DNA from: Raillietiella orientalis
Lineage: Eukaryota
Length of the DNA: 64,000 nucleotides
Reading direction: 5' to 3'
Assembly: GCA_036172245.1 (NCBI GenBank)
Contig: JAYWIR010000028.1
Coordinates: forward strand, 1,860,001 to 1,924,000
The notes under the pieces were generated by a model. The model worked only from the letters and a program-made list of their open reading frames with translations. It had not been told where the DNA came from and did no database searches. Positions 12,900-25,900 of the stretch are shown one piece after another; within the stretch, counting starts at the first letter, position 1, and the number at the start of each line of letters is the position of its first letter. Made by a program: the position numbers and the translations under genes.

Positions 12900-13460
12900 G
12901 GATCTTGGTGTTTCACGCCATCCCTATTTCTGTTTGCTCTTCAGCAGGTTATTTCGTATTCATGATTTCTCTAAAAGAAGTGTTCATACTAATCTTCATG
13001 ATGTTGGACTATGTGATTCTCGCTCTTGTTCATCCCCCCCAAAATAAGCCCGTTCCTGGTTGTAGGATTGATGGCACACAAGAAGCTCTAATCAGTGATG
13101 GGTTTAGTAGCACAAAGATCGTGAATGATGTTTTGCTCACTTTGCATTTTATTAGGAGTCCCACAAGTTCAGTAGATGTGGTGTATTTTTCGGAGGGGAG
13201 TTCGAAGAATCCGTGGAGAAATCCAGGACAATCTGTGAGATTTCCGCAACTTTTGGGGGCACGGATTATTGCGTGCTTTGTCTGAGGAGGATTTGCAGCT
13301 ACCGTGAAGAAGAATCTGCAGGAGCCATCTCTTCTGAGAAAAGGTTGCATGCAGGGAGTGCACTGACTGACCATACGCTCTTCCTGATGTTCGCTCATGG
13401 GGCCAATGTGATTGCCATAAGTCGGTGATGGGCCTCACTGCATTCCACAGACTGCAACCT
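12900..13460 (-). mobile_element. Decayed AP-like endonuclease of a non-LTR retrotransposon
   Basis: SLWNA, CMQPFL (QETFL-like) and ELVGLLIK...[10 protein letters not shown] appear in endonuclease order, with frameshifts. Confidence 0.4.
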
Positions 13461-14763
13461 ATTGGAACTTTCCAGAAAACGAGTTCTCCTGTTTTTCTTT
13501 CTCTCCCTTCCAAACTGCTTGGACCCCTCCTACAGGCAACATTTACTGAAAGGCAGTGGTACTCGAGGAACGATCTGCGAGTCCAAGTATCTTTGGATTT
13601 CCCCGAAAGAGTTGCAATACGCCGAGGGTTGCTGTTATTGTCTGCAGTGCCATCTGACTGCAGCAATTGTTCGAGAAAATTTGTGCCTGGGGGGAGCCAG
13701 CATACATACTGACCGCTTCTCCGTCGGTTTTCTGCGAACTCTGATGCGGGATAGCAAGAGAGCAGGAAAAGAGACAACGAAGGGTCGGTAAAAGGGACCT
13801 TGTCTTAAGAGCCAACAAGTGGCTCCCTTTACTCCGAATAGATCCTGGACTGCATTTGAGAGAAACCAGTTTCCATTCGGGTTTTCCTTATTCTCTGAAA
13901 GGTTTCACGTGCTCTTGTTTGCTGTTCTTCCTCAGGGGTGCAAATTTGAGGAATGCTCGTAGACCTTGCAGAGTTCTGGCAGATCTTAATGACGACTTCC
14001 TTTCCTTTCTTCCTTCTCTACCAAGGCATCGTTTTCTCTAATCCTCGTCCTGAAAATCGAGCTGCTAGCAGGGTCTTCCGGAAGTATCCCACAGAAAGAA
14101 CCATCCTAATTACGAGAAGATGGGATCTGTTCGAAGACGAATTCTGTTTGTTCAGAGGCACAAGCCATTCCCGCAATGAGACTGCAGCAACCGCTTCCTA
14201 AACGGTGGCTGGTGGATCTTGTTGCTGTATAGCTCCCTTTATGAATTCATTTTGGTTTTCTCTTCCAACTAACTCTGGCATCTGTAAGGGTTAGTGGCAA
14301 GGAAGTGGAAGTCCTCTCGTGATAGATGTCTCTCAGTTACGGATTCCTCCACTGCCGCTCGAGAAGTCGGCCAAGATGCCAGTGGTCCACTGCTGTAGCA
14401 TCCCAGTGTCGTTTTGTGAGCTGTCTTCCATTGACAAGAGTATGCATCAGAGACAGCTGGAGACTCTCAGGCATGCTTCTTCCTTCTTACTGTTTCTTCA
14501 TTCACGATGTCTTTTCCTCCTCCTTTTCTCCTGTTCTTCTCTCACTTGATGAAATCAACACGTGAGCGGATCAGCGAGTCGGTGATGACAGCAAACTCGT
14601 CACGAACACAGAAATAAGGGTCAGGAGTGAGGGTATGGCTCAAAAGAGTGAGTGCAGCGAGTGGAATGCAAATGTCACTCGATGTACATTGAATAGAACT
14701 TGGCGCAACTCTTGTCATTTTGGTCATGAAAGCTTACGTTCTCACCCGAGATCTCACGTGACT

Positions 14764-15038
14764 GATGGGGATGGACGGGATGAGGTTTGTGAGGTTATTT
14801 GATAGTATAATGATGAGGATGTGTCCAGTAGTAACGTTGGCTGTTAGTCGTAGTGATAGGGATATGGGTTGGATTATTAGTCTTATGGTTTCTAGTATGA
14901 GTAGATGTTGTGTATGAGGCATGTTAGGGAGAGGGTTATTGATGGGAGTGAAAGAGAGGTGAAGATGGGTCACGGTCTGTGGGGGTGGATAAAGAAGGGT
15001 TGGTGATTTGTTATTGTGGTTATTTGTTTGTGTATAAT
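14764..15038 (-). pseudogene. NUMT: ATP6 3' end + COX3 5' part, fused to an internal ATP6 segment
   Basis: In the invertebrate mitochondrial code, ~15038-14901 reads LYTNK* then MTNHQPFFIHPHSPWPIFTSLS (COX3 SPWP with AGA=Ser, TGA=Trp). ~14900-14764 reads MLETMSLMIQPMSLSLRLTANVTTGHIL (ATP6 RL.AN..GH). The strand is strongly C/A-skewed. Confidence 0.9.
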
Positions 15039-15369
15039 GGATGACCGGGATGACCTTCTCTATCATATTTTAGAAATTCAGCGTTGTAGGAGTTATTTCG
15101 TTTCCATCTTATTCTTACAATAAATGTTGAGAGAAGGGGAAATCCTAAGATTTTCTCCTATCCTACCAGAAGCGCAATGCCGGCCAGTGATCCAAGATGC
15201 AGGGTGCAAGCCTCCATTGAGGCGGATGATTTCAATGCTGCAGCAACATTGCTGGACCTCTTGTCTTCCCAGGAACTTCAATGATTGTTGAAAACTGTGA
15301 AAACCTGGGCTTCTCCTTTGAAAGTAAGCCCAGAAGAGCTTCAGCCATGTGACCTCTCCAGAGCATTTC

Positions 15370-15490
15370 TCTGGAAGAAGTGTTGCAGGACGGGGCGAAA
15401 TGGTCTCGACTAACTGTCACACCCCTTGCCGGGGCGCTGTCCGCACCCCTATGGGTAAGCCACGACGATTGCCTACCGGAGCGGTGAGAG
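15370..15490 (+). mobile_element. Short fragment of the same L1/Tx1-like family
   Basis: LEEVLQDGAKWSRLTVTPLAGALSA...DDCLPER* versus VDEVWNSQEKWTRLAVTPLADALSA...DDSCEPARW in the 693..2030 ORF. Confidence 0.75.
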
Positions 15491-15769
15491 CTCTTCTAGA
15501 ATAGTGAGGAAATGACAAAGCTCCAAGACGTCCGGAAGACGAGTGAGCCAGTTGGTGCCGCTACTGCTCACGTTTTAGGGTCAAGAGACTGATGTCCAGA
15601 CATTGGACAAAACAGGATGAGCTGGTCCAGCGCTGTCTTTCTCACGGATCCACGGAAGCTGGAAATTGATTGATCTTCAATTACGTTGAGAATCCTTTTC
15701 TTCTCCCTCCTTCACTTGAGTTAGGGCCTTCGTCTTGCTGATGCTTTTTCGTTGCCATAGAGCTGTCTT

Positions 15770-16700
15770 CCCTGAGGGCAAGCTGTGACAGCTGCGGACC
15801 GGAAAGGTGAGAGTTCCCCTGCACCAGTGCTCGAGTCACGAAACCCGCGGGAGGCTGGAAGACAGGCGAGTTGGCGAATGCGCCACTCCTCGTTCCCGGC
15901 GAGGAGACTGCTTCGATGAAGCAAACGCCTTAGTGTTGTCATCGAAGAACTGGTGGTTCCTCCTTTGTGTACGAACACTGGAAACAAAGTGCCCTGCAAT
16001 GGGCCAGCTCCAATGTGGTAGCAGCGTTTCCGGGGGAGGTGCGTCCCCGAACTGCTCAGGGTACGGAGCGACGCAATCGTTCTTGAACCTTTTGATGAAC
16101 TGAGATGCCCTCCAGGACTTGTGACGGAGGCTGTTTTAAGCGCTTCCTCCTGCACCCTGAGGCCGGTGCCAAGGACTTGCTGCGGCGGCTCTTGGCTCGA
16201 GGCGAGTCTCGATAGGTGCGATATGACTGAGAGGTAACTTTTATCCACACCACATGCTCCGGTCTTTGTCGCAGAGAAGAGAGGTCGCTCTCATTGCAGC
16301 CGCCTACCGTAAGGACGGCTACGAGGTGACTTCGCTTGGAAGAGGAAGCCAAGGAGATCATCGGTATCTACCGGCGGTTGATGGACGACTTGGAACGGCG
16401 GACCCGGTGCTCGTTGTCCTCTCCCTTCCTTTATTTTATTTTATTTTTCTTATCTCTCATCCCCATTCTCTTCGTTACTGTCTTGGTGCTTTCTTTTTTT
16501 TAATCCTGGTGAATACGGAGCGACACCAAAGATCCCTACCCTCTCAGCTACTTTTTTTTTTTTTTTTTTGTCCCCGTGTCCCTTCCCCGTTCCGGACTTT
16601 CGTTTTCCTCGGCCTGAGTAACGGTGGACCCTCCCCTTCGCTTCTTGTAGTCGTTGGTTGAGAAAAAAAGCTCTCAATTGGTTTATTTTTAATAAACACC
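15770..16700 (+). mobile_element. Decayed 3' end of the same L1/Tx1-like family with putative 3' UTR
   Basis: LRASCDSCGPER*EFPCT...GGWKTGELA...LSVVIEELVVPPLCTNT...AKDLLRRL matches the 693..2030 ORF. It is followed by a T-rich tract and AATAAA near 16691. Confidence 0.7.
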
Positions 16701-17089
16701 CCAGCGTGTTAGGGTGAAAGAATTTTTTCCCGCGTTTTTGGAGCTCGACCTGAAAGAATCCGCAACGCTGCCGGGGCGAAAACATATTTTATCTGGAGGT
16801 GGATGCTGAAAATTGACAGAGCGTTGCTATCGCTTCCTTTCGCTGCACTTGAATGGATCGCAAAGGTTCTGCGAGCTCATCCGTTACGGTGCCTGGAAGA
16901 AACTCCAGATCTCGGGATGAATTCAGAGGAATTCAGAGGGGATCAGCCACTTGATGGCCCGGACTAATTCAGATGAAACCCCGTTAAAGGTGGAGCGCAA
17001 CGATCCTGAAGTGCACGGCGGTCGTAACAGCCGGGTGAAAGGGCGGAAGACTGAGACCTTTAGTAGCTGTTCGGGTTTGAAGCTCTCCA

Positions 17090-17850
17090 GGATGGCTGCC
17101 GGCCCGCCGAAGAGGAAGGAGATATGGAGTCCTCATCCTATGAGCGAGTGATTAGGGAGAGGTCCTCAGGGCCGAAATGACAGCAACGTATTCTCGAACT
17201 TCGAGTGGATGAGAAGTCCGGCTTGCTGAAACGTTGAAGCTTGGATTGCCAGATTCATGAGCGTCCAGTGTGTTAATTTCGATAAGCAGAACTGGCGCTA
17301 CGGAATGAACCAAACGTTGCGACGCGATCCCATGGAAGGTGCTACCATGGGCAGCAGAGCGATGACCACAGAATTCGAAATCCTCTGTGGAGTGCGCGAC
17401 CTCTTGCCTGCCGAAGCAAGACACCTCCTCCTTGAAGATGCTTGACGCCTGTACCAAGGATCGTTCCTGACTCCCAGCGTCCCGTCTTCTCAAATGGGAA
17501 CTCGCCTAGGGCGAGTAGGAGGGTCATGGCAATGAGCGCAGAAGAGTTTGGATTAAGCTCGTCTGCTGCAGACTTCGATGGTAAAAGCAAAAACTCCAGT
17601 GAGAGACTTTGGAAGAGCAGCGTGGAAGATGGGTTCCATGGGAACAGCCTTTCAACACAGTTCAGTTGATCCTATGCTCCTGGTGAAATCCCTGGTGCCC
17701 ATGTTGAGCTAACGGCTCTCGTGCCGTTTGCAAAGGGGAAGAAATCAGCAGCGCTTCACATGCGTGGATCAGTTTGCAGCTCCGTGCGTCGCGAAGTTCG
17801 CCGTTCGTTTCCGTGGATAGATTCAACCGCGCTCTCTCATAAGACAAACA
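17090..17850 (-). mobile_element. Decayed Ty3/Gypsy-type integrase
   Basis: LLISSPLQ...LAQHGHQG (H2C2 start), LP*PSYSP, FKEEVSCFGRQEVAHS..FEFC, QRLVHSV and ALRTSP....TP..FLFG occur in integrase order. Confidence 0.5.
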
Positions 17851-18589
17851 GACGCGCTTCATTTTCTGAGGATGCTGAGAAGGTTAGGGTCCGATGCTAA
17901 GCCTGGAAGCACCCAACCTAGAGGACTGGTTTTACCATTAAAGCAATGCGAACGCTTTTGGCTTCAGGCAGAACGGAAGTGGGAAGGTTCCTCAGAGGAA
18001 AGAAAGACAAAAAAAAAAAAAAAATCATCGATAAGAATATGGAAAGGATGCTTTTGAGGGGAAAACTGGAGCATCTTGAGAAAGCTCAACGTGTCCGTGG
18101 CTTGGTCACAATCAGCAATCATCTCTGAAATAGAGAGAAAACCCCCTTTTCAGGAAACGGAACTGCTCCTTTACCCCGCATGCCGTTGCTTCCCTATCAT
18201 AGGAGGAATCTGCAATGCATCCGAAGGTTCCTGGTTCCGTGTCGTTTGAAAGTTGGACCTCGTGGCTCCCGCAACCTCGTCGCGTACCTGACCTGATATG
18301 GAGTGATTGCCGAAATGCGCACAAAACTCCTCGCGTCTGCAGCTAGGAACGCTCCCTAGAACCAAACTTTTCTTCCTTCTTGTTAACGGGGCAAATAACG
18401 GGTTCCCTGAAGGATGTTTCGCGAACTCTGGGAGCCTTTGCCTCACGGAGATCGAAGTGAGTCACTTACACCCGGACACTCATGTTTTTTGCGTCAATAG
18501 TTGCATGAGTTTGTGAAATTTGCGTATTTTCTTTTACAAAATGCTTTCTCCCGAGGGCACGATGTAGGAAGGGGTTGAAAACCCGCATG

Positions 18590-18850
18590 CCAAGATGAGG
18601 CTCCATGCACGGGTCCCTTCGCCTTTGCGCCAGTCAGCGCCACTGCGTTCCTCTCAGCAAATGGATGCTTGGGAACCAATGCTCCGCGGTATGCGTCAGG
18701 GACCTGTTGGAGAAGCCCTGTCAGTATCTGCAGCATTTCGATCACCGGCTGGCATCTGTTGTCAGATCTTCTGCTCAGTTGGTGCGGCTTGTTCTTATGA
18801 AATCCTGCGGATCTTCGGCTGCTGCCGTGCTATGTTTGATCTCCTGGTAA
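18590..18850 (+). mobile_element. Possible decayed L1-like zinc-knuckle region
   Basis: QCSAVC..DLLEKPCQYLQHFDHRLAS...AQLVRL weakly resembles HLLLDCGVLQGLRRRLAS...ARDLMRL. Confidence 0.3.
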
Positions 18851-19779
18851 CGTAAGACATAAAACTCTTCAGCAAATGTTCATTCAGGGAGGAATGAGTC
18901 GCGCACGCTCACAAATGTGAAAGAGCGCGAGACACCCATAGGAGTGAAGCTCATTCGTAGAGATAGCACCGAGTAGGTCCTAGATCGTATGTCTCGAGAA
19001 AGCAGGCACAGCCCTGTCGCAGTCGGAGGTAAGGCGAATGGAAAGCTCAGAAGCCAGCTGGGAGCGAGAACAACAGTTGGTTATCTCCAATTTCCACCCG
19101 GTCATGCCAAGGCGTTTATTGAAATTTAAAAGGAACTCATAAATTGTAGTGGGGACACGTGGTCTTATCACTCTCAGTTTGCCTATGGACCTCCCGGGTC
19201 GTCGGAGCCCGGGAACTTCACCTCCTCAGCGAAGGAGAGGGGGAAACAAAACAAAAATAAAATAAAAATAAATAAAAATACTGTGGATGGTCTTAAAGGG
19301 ATCACAGTCCTCTGGAGGGAGTCCTCTGCATCCTTTCCAGGATGTTGGCTAAGTTGGTCCTGATTGTGCCCATGTGGGGCCATCTTTCTGCCATCCTCAC
19401 AAAGCGAAGTGCAAGCTCGATGGCGTCCCTTTCGTTAGCTCCTGCTTCAGCTCCTCGCTCCAGGCCGCCGCAATCCCGCGCATGCAGAAAAGAGCTGCTG
19501 GAGCTGCGGCTGGCTACCGGGAACCCTGTATGAAGAGGAGCCTGAAAACGTCCCTGGGGCTGGCAACCGGGGTCCGCAGGGTTGTCCCAAAACGTTCCCA
19601 TAGGGTCCGGAGGAAAACACCGTCCAGTAGCAGGTGCTGGAGGAACTTTCGTTCCTCGCACCTGCGACGGTTCTGGTTCGCACTCCCTAGCGCCCAGTGG
19701 TGTCGGCGAGAGTTTCAGGGAAGACCCCAGTGCAGCAGCAGAAGTGCCGACTCCTGCAACTTCAGGAGAAGGAGTCGTT

Positions 19780-20380
19780 ATCTCCGAAGGGAAAATCTCC
19801 CTTACTCTTCCCTTACTCCCCCCACCGAGAGTTCCACTCGTCATTTCTTCTCTGGAGGGAAGCATTCGTGGAAATTCTTCTCCGGAGAGAAGCACCTTCA
19901 AGGGAAGCACTCCTTGCTTCTCTTTCTGAAGAGAATCCAGAAGGAATGCTTCCAAATTTCGACGAAGGTCGCTACCGAAGGGAGCAGCGCACTTCTCCGC
20001 ACTCAGGAGAGGCATCAGCCCACTAGCTCCATGGTGCGCGATGGAGGTTCACCCCCCGAGAGGGAGGGACAGCTCTATTTTCACAAGAGGAGGAGAACCC
20101 CGAAGAGAACAGACTCCTTGATTTCTAAGAGGACCCTTCAACTCCCGATCCCGATGGGGGCATGCGGCTTCCGGTTGCTTCCACCAGTGGCCTCACCCGA
20201 AGCTTGCAGGCCAACCAGCGTCATCCTGTTGGGAGAGACTCGGAACTCACGACGCACCCTCCATTGCTGGGCGTCAACCCTCTTCGTGGGGATTGGAACC
20301 CACAACGGTTGGTGCCCCTCTCGGAGACCGCAGCCACAGGGCCGCCAAAACCAGCAGAACTGCGGAGAGTTCCGTCTGCA
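19780..20380. repeat. Unclassified GC-rich dispersed repeat, copy 1 (inverted relative to copies 2 and 3)
   Basis: The reverse complement shares CCTTC.G..TTCTCTTCAGA...CTCCGGAGA with 34550-34612 and 63624-63689. It shares TGTGGCT.CGG..TCTCCG...GTGGGTTC.AATCCCCACGA and GGGATCGG.AGTTGA with 63370-63540. Confidence 0.8.
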
Positions 20381-21204
20381 GAGAGTGGGGTACCATCAAC
20401 GGAAACCGATCGCGTAATGGTGGTCTTACCAATGGGACAATGGGATGGAATGGTATGCTACCTACTTGGAAGTACAACACAGTCATTAACAGCAGAACAA
20501 CAACAGTTGGTAGGCCGCTCCATCCCCCCTTTATTTACAACGGCATCTGAGGAGTGCTCACCAGCTTTGCAGGATACTTCTGGCACATCCCTGACGCAGC
20601 CGTGCTCTCTCCGTTCTACTTGCGTTTCCTTAGAACTGACTAGAATCCAGAATGTTTTCGTTGCTGAAAGCATGAGGAATGTAGAGGAAGGGAAGAGAGG
20701 AGAGGAGGGCGCATGCATGGGCGATGGGCGGACGGTCGCTCAGTGGGATAGAAGAGTCTCCGGAAGAGCTGAGTTGTTTTCTTCCAGGCCGAACGGTCAT
20801 TTCTCTGCACTGCGGAAGGTCCTCTCGTTCCCGCATTCGCTCGTGATGCATTGCCCTCATCTTTTATTGATAACCCGAAAATCACTCACGTGGGACAAGT
20901 TGACGCGAGATGCTTGCTTAGAGAGCGGTCTTCTTCAGTTGCGTGGTAGCAGAACAGCTTCGTGGTAACATGCAGTGCTGAGCTTCCACAAAGTTTTGTT
21001 GCTGCGTCCACGACATGTCAGCCAAAAACACGCCGAGATCTTCGCTGTGTGTAAATCATTCCATCTTCCAGATGAAAACACATTGAAAGTCAGTGTCAGA
21101 ATCAAAAGATCGAATCGGCGTTTCCATCGTCACGGTTTCGGTTTCACCCTTTATCTGTGAAAGAGCGCTTGCACCGTAGTAGGAGCGTGGTAGGTTCTCA
21201 TGTA

Positions 21205-21460
21205 GAATACATTGGTTTTCCTACATAGAAGAGTCCTTCCCCCAGGGAGGTCCAATCTAATGGCGCCAGAAAGTCACCAAGGAAAAGCAACTGATTCATC
21301 CAGCAATCGCTTTTTGCCCAAGGTATGAATCCACTGGAAGAAAAGTGCATTGTCGGTCCATTGGTCCCAGCGTTAGCTTGGCGAAAATCTTCGAATTTCC
21401 TGGTGAGAAACACGCTTGAGGATGCATTCAACCTTGTGGGCATTACCCGGACCGTTAAGA
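21205..21460 (+). mobile_element. Decayed L1-like RT thumb fragment
   Basis: YIGFP...SLFAQG...L..KCIVGP resembles the YLG.P...LS..G...L.KS pattern. Several stops. Confidence 0.35.
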
Positions 21461-24400
21461 GGGACAAGTGTCATTTTGTCTCTGGGTGCCTCAGACGGCA
21501 AAAAAAAAAAAAAAAAAAGTCCAAGAGACGCGCAGTCTTTGCTAAAAGTTGCCATCTTTAATGGTACTCAAGAGGCCAGTACGAAGTGCCTGATTCTCTG
21601 CGACGCTCAAACCAGCCAGAATACTGAATCGCACCATGTTTTCGCAGCGAGGTGCTCAAGAATTTTCCTATGAATTTTCTGTGCATCGCGGAAACCAAAC
21701 GGCTGGCCTACAGCGTGCTCTCATTCGGGATTTTCGAGATGGCGTCCATAATCTGCACGGGAACGTCTGTCACACGAGCTGCCCGAGAGCCGAAGAGACG
21801 TGCTGATCAGAGATCTGAATTGAGCAGTGCCTGGTTTGGCAAGTGACTCTTTGCCGCCCTGTCCCTGAGATTCTCTAGAAGGGCAGCACAAAAAAAAAAA
21901 AAAAAGATCTGGAGCAGGAAACCTTCCAAGATATCAAATGCGATTCCTTCCCGTCTGAACGGCGCACTCTTGTGGAGTTGTCCCCTGTTCTGTGCTTTCC
22001 TCTCAGCTTCTAATTGCTCTCCCGTGTTCTCAGAAATATGACGGGGGTTCATTCACTTCTCGCTTGGGGCAGGAATTCCTTGCTTGATTATGAAGTCTTT
22101 CATTAATGCGCCTCCTTGTTTTGTTCTCGTCTTCCAGATCTTCAGCTCTTTTCAATAGATGCCTTTCGTCCCTGAGCTGAATTCCTCGAATATTTTCTTA
22201 GCAGTTTCAAAGAACGAGATGGCTGTTGCACCACGGAGGAAAATATCCAGGCTGCCTCGGAAGGATTGTCAGGAGTCCCACCATGAGATGTATCGCCACG
22301 AAGAGACCATCCTCTCCGGAAATCATCTGCGCAACTCCCCCATGATGACCTATAAAAAAAACAAAAAAAAACGATGCTAAACTGACCTTCCTTGGACATC
22401 CAGCTGAGCATCCACGTTTCTTCGATGCTGGGAAGATGTCCGATGTCCCTCGTTCAAGGGAGATTCTGAGTTCCGATTCGTAGTGAGCACAGTGGAGCGA
22501 GTTCCAAGAATCCCAAATCATGAAGTACTTCCCATCCTCAGGAACATATTTTTGCCACTGGGAGATGAGGGAAGGAGCATTCAGAAGGTTCTGGAAGAGA
22601 GCCGGGAATCTCTGGCGGATGCTGTCATTGGCGGTCCGTAATGGAAAGCTGCACTTGATCGTACGCAAGCCGCTCTGTACGTATCTTGTGCAGACGTACG
22701 AGGCTCACTTCCTCCCGCTCTGCCCTCCCTCTTGCTTCAGAGGAATGATAACCCGACTCCCGTAACATCTGCCAGCTTACTCGACGGTTCGTGCAAAAGT
22801 TTTCAAGTACCACCAAAAGGTCGGTGTTCCATGCATTCTTCTGCGGCCAATCAGCGATGTAGCATTTCCCTCGAAGATTCGCTTTTGGTCAGCTTTGGAG
22901 GCGCATCGGGAAGCGGAACGACAAGTCGGAGATGGATGCTCGATCCTGTTTGCTGCCAGCGGTTTCGATGTTTCGACCTCGCCGCCAGCCACATCGGAAA
23001 CTTCGAGAGGATAACCCCCAGGGAACCGAGGGCCTCAGACAGTCGCCCAAGGCTTTCGGATCTCGTCTGGAACGCAGTATCTGGAGACAGATCTTGAGAG
23101 CATTTCCGGGACGCCGCATCTTGAACTTTCGGGGGCCATCCTGAGCTCCCGTTGCCTTGGCAGAGAAGAGAGGAAACAAAGAAGCGGGATGGACGCTGCG
23201 CAGCTTCCCTGACGAAACTGTGGTTACAAGAGAGAGAGAGAGCTTTCCCGCGAACGGGTAAGAGGCAAGTAGGCGGTGACCTTGAACGCAAGACAAGGTC
23301 GACTCGCCAGTTTCGGGGGAACGGCGGGCGGGCGTGCACGACGGATTGGTTATCTGAGGCTATGGGCAACCCGGAACTCGCAGCGCGAAGAGAAAATGGG
23401 GAGCTCTACGGAGGGATGCCGCACCTAGTTGAGGTTTCCACCCTCCCACAGCGACGAAGAGGCCGGTATCGTAGGGCCAGCCCCTCCTCTCCTTTCCCTT
23501 TTCCGTCGTCCTTGTCAACGAAATCCATTGGGCATACTCGACGCGGGAGTGAATAGAAGGAAAGAAAATCCTGACTGGGGCTAGCGGGAAGCTGGTGAAA
23601 AAAGCTGGAGCGCAGTACAGGAATCATTTTTTTTTCCTCCTGCTCCTCCTGAGAGGGATGGGTGGAGAGCAAAGGAGTAAAAAAGAGAGAGAGGGGTGGA
23701 GGAGAAAGTGATTTATGGACTTGTTCAAGAGCCACGAGAGAGCGTACATTCCGGCTGATGTACATTTCAATTTTCAAAAGGATTCTGGCAGCGCGCGCGC
23801 GTGCATATCCACAGAGAACATGACCGGAGGCGTAAACGGGATGGGGAGGGGCAGGTGGACGGACGCGCCGTATTCTTCTGTCGAAGACGACGAGGGTTTT
23901 CCCCTCCCTTTGTGAAGCGCTCCGGGCTCCCCTTGGACCCGAATTTCTCATCAGGGTGCCCTCCACGGCCAATGCGGCGGAGAAGACGCGCCTGGGTGCG
24001 ATTAGATTGGCTAGAATTCTTAGCGGCTCGCCTCGTCCCGGGAAGAATCAGAGGCTGCCGGGAGGAACCTCAGTCTTTTCCCGCCTGTGCCCTCGTGTCC
24101 GAAAGTGCGGTGGGACCGCCGCATCGATGGCAACCCGCCCTTCTACCCTCATGTAGGGTCTGGAGCACGTGGCGAGGCCGGTCGCATCGTCGTGCATTCC
24201 ACGTTGTGCAGTGATGTTCAGTGACCCCTCCCGCTGAATCCCTGCTCGGAGATAGAGAGAGAGAGAGAGAGGGAGAGAGACAGCATCCGGGTTCCATCGA
24301 GACCCCCCTCCCCCCCCCCCGAGCTGCCTTGACAGAGCGGGAGGTCTCAAACGGATCGGACAGCCGCGCGGTCGCAGGTAACCGGAAAAGTTTGGCAATT

Positions 24401-24849
24401 TCATCCCTCCGCGCCCATCGCCGCCGCTTTCGGAACCTCCCGCCGGTTGTCGATCCCGGTGAGCAGGAAGCGATCCTTCCGGTCCTGACCGGTGGCGGCC
24501 GCATCGTCTCGGCACCCTCCCTCGCAGGCGCGGTGGGCCGCCGCCGCAGCCCGGAAACACGAGCAGCGCCCATGCAATCTCGTGCGCTCCTCCCTCCTGG
24601 CGATCGATTGCTGTTATCAGGAAGGAAGGAAGCGCTATCCCGTGTTTTGCCTTGGCTGATTTAAGGATGCGCATAGACGATCGTGACTCGTGTTCCTGCG
24701 TGCGGCCACGACTGCTAACGGTCAGCTCCTCGCTCGTGACCTTGGCAGTCGCCGGAAGTCCTCACGGGATGCAGCACGGATCACGGGTTTTTCCCGAGTC
24801 CCGTCGCGTAAGTGCGCATTTCAAACGTTTATCCTTGCATGCCGCCTCT

Positions 24850-25900
24850 GCTGCTGCTGAGTCTTCCTCCTTCCCGTCTCCCGTCTCCTCGAGGTTGCAG
24901 CCTCGCAGCACCTGCGTGTTCCTGGATCCAAGGATCCGCAAGGAATCCTCCTTCTCTCTTTCACTTCGAGCGGCCGAGACGCTTTTGGGTTGGCTGGGGA
25001 ATCAGCCGCGCTGCGGCGTTCGCGGCTCCCCGAGGCATCCGTGCCCCCTGGACCTTCCTCCAGCCCAGTCGTTCTCCGGAAGAGGAAGCACCCTCGGTCG
25101 GCTATCTCGTCCTAGCGTTCCAGCGACGGTCTCGTTGGTCCGGCCTTCCTCCTCCGCATGGGAATTTCCTCCCCTTCCCTACGCTGCTCATTTCGCGTGC
25201 GGGTGCACCTGCAACGGTCCCTTCTCCAAGAGCTTCTTCCCAATTCAACAGGCCGCCTGGGAGGGAAGGACGCGGAACCCTGAAGTAGCGCACGGAAAAC
25301 TGAAAAATGATCCTCACACAGGAGGGCTACCTTCTTCTTACCAGCCGCTTTCGTCTCGGACCTTCACCATCTCTTGCCGTCTTCAAGAGGCGCGAACCGC
25401 TCCATAATTCTGGCGTCCTCGTGACTGGAGAGACCCGAGCTCTCGTGGATTTCTTTCGGACGGGCGGAGAGGACCCAGCTCCTGCGAAAGTTCTCGCTTC
25501 GCCCCACGAGCTCCCCAGAGCTGCGCTGGCTCTTTGCTCACCACCAACGTCCTTCTGTGCCTCACCGTGCGCGTGCGAGTGGTCCTGGAGAGGGCTGCGT
25601 GGCTTTCGAGACGGTGTGGCCGAGTTCTGGCACAGCGACTGATTCGCGCTTAGGGGATGAGAACCAGTCTGGTTTCGGCGCACTCACCCCCAAGTCTTGT
25701 CGGCCTTCGTCCTCGTTCGAGGACTACAGAATTCCCCTCTTACCCAGGGGTCATTGTCCAACGTCTTTCTCCGGTTCTTTGCCTGCGCTCCGCAGCACCG
25801 TTCCGAAACTTGGTGTTTTCCGGAAACTGTCTCACTCCTTCCTCACCTCGCTAGCGGCTGGGGAGCTGGACCAGGAAAACAAGATCCTCTTCCTTTAGGG
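24850..25900 (+). mobile_element. Decayed L1/Tx1-like ORF2 3' region
   Basis: LPSPRGCSL..A.SWIQ, REPLHNSGVLVTG and PVWFRRTHPQV..F...C.PETV..LPHL fall in the expected order. All are degenerate. Confidence 0.35.

Noticed and set aside
19374..20968. 347-aa and 268-aa plus-strand ORFs as host genes
   Set aside because: No recognisable domain, no ATG start and no exon structure. They overlap a GC-rich repeat where long ORFs arise easily.
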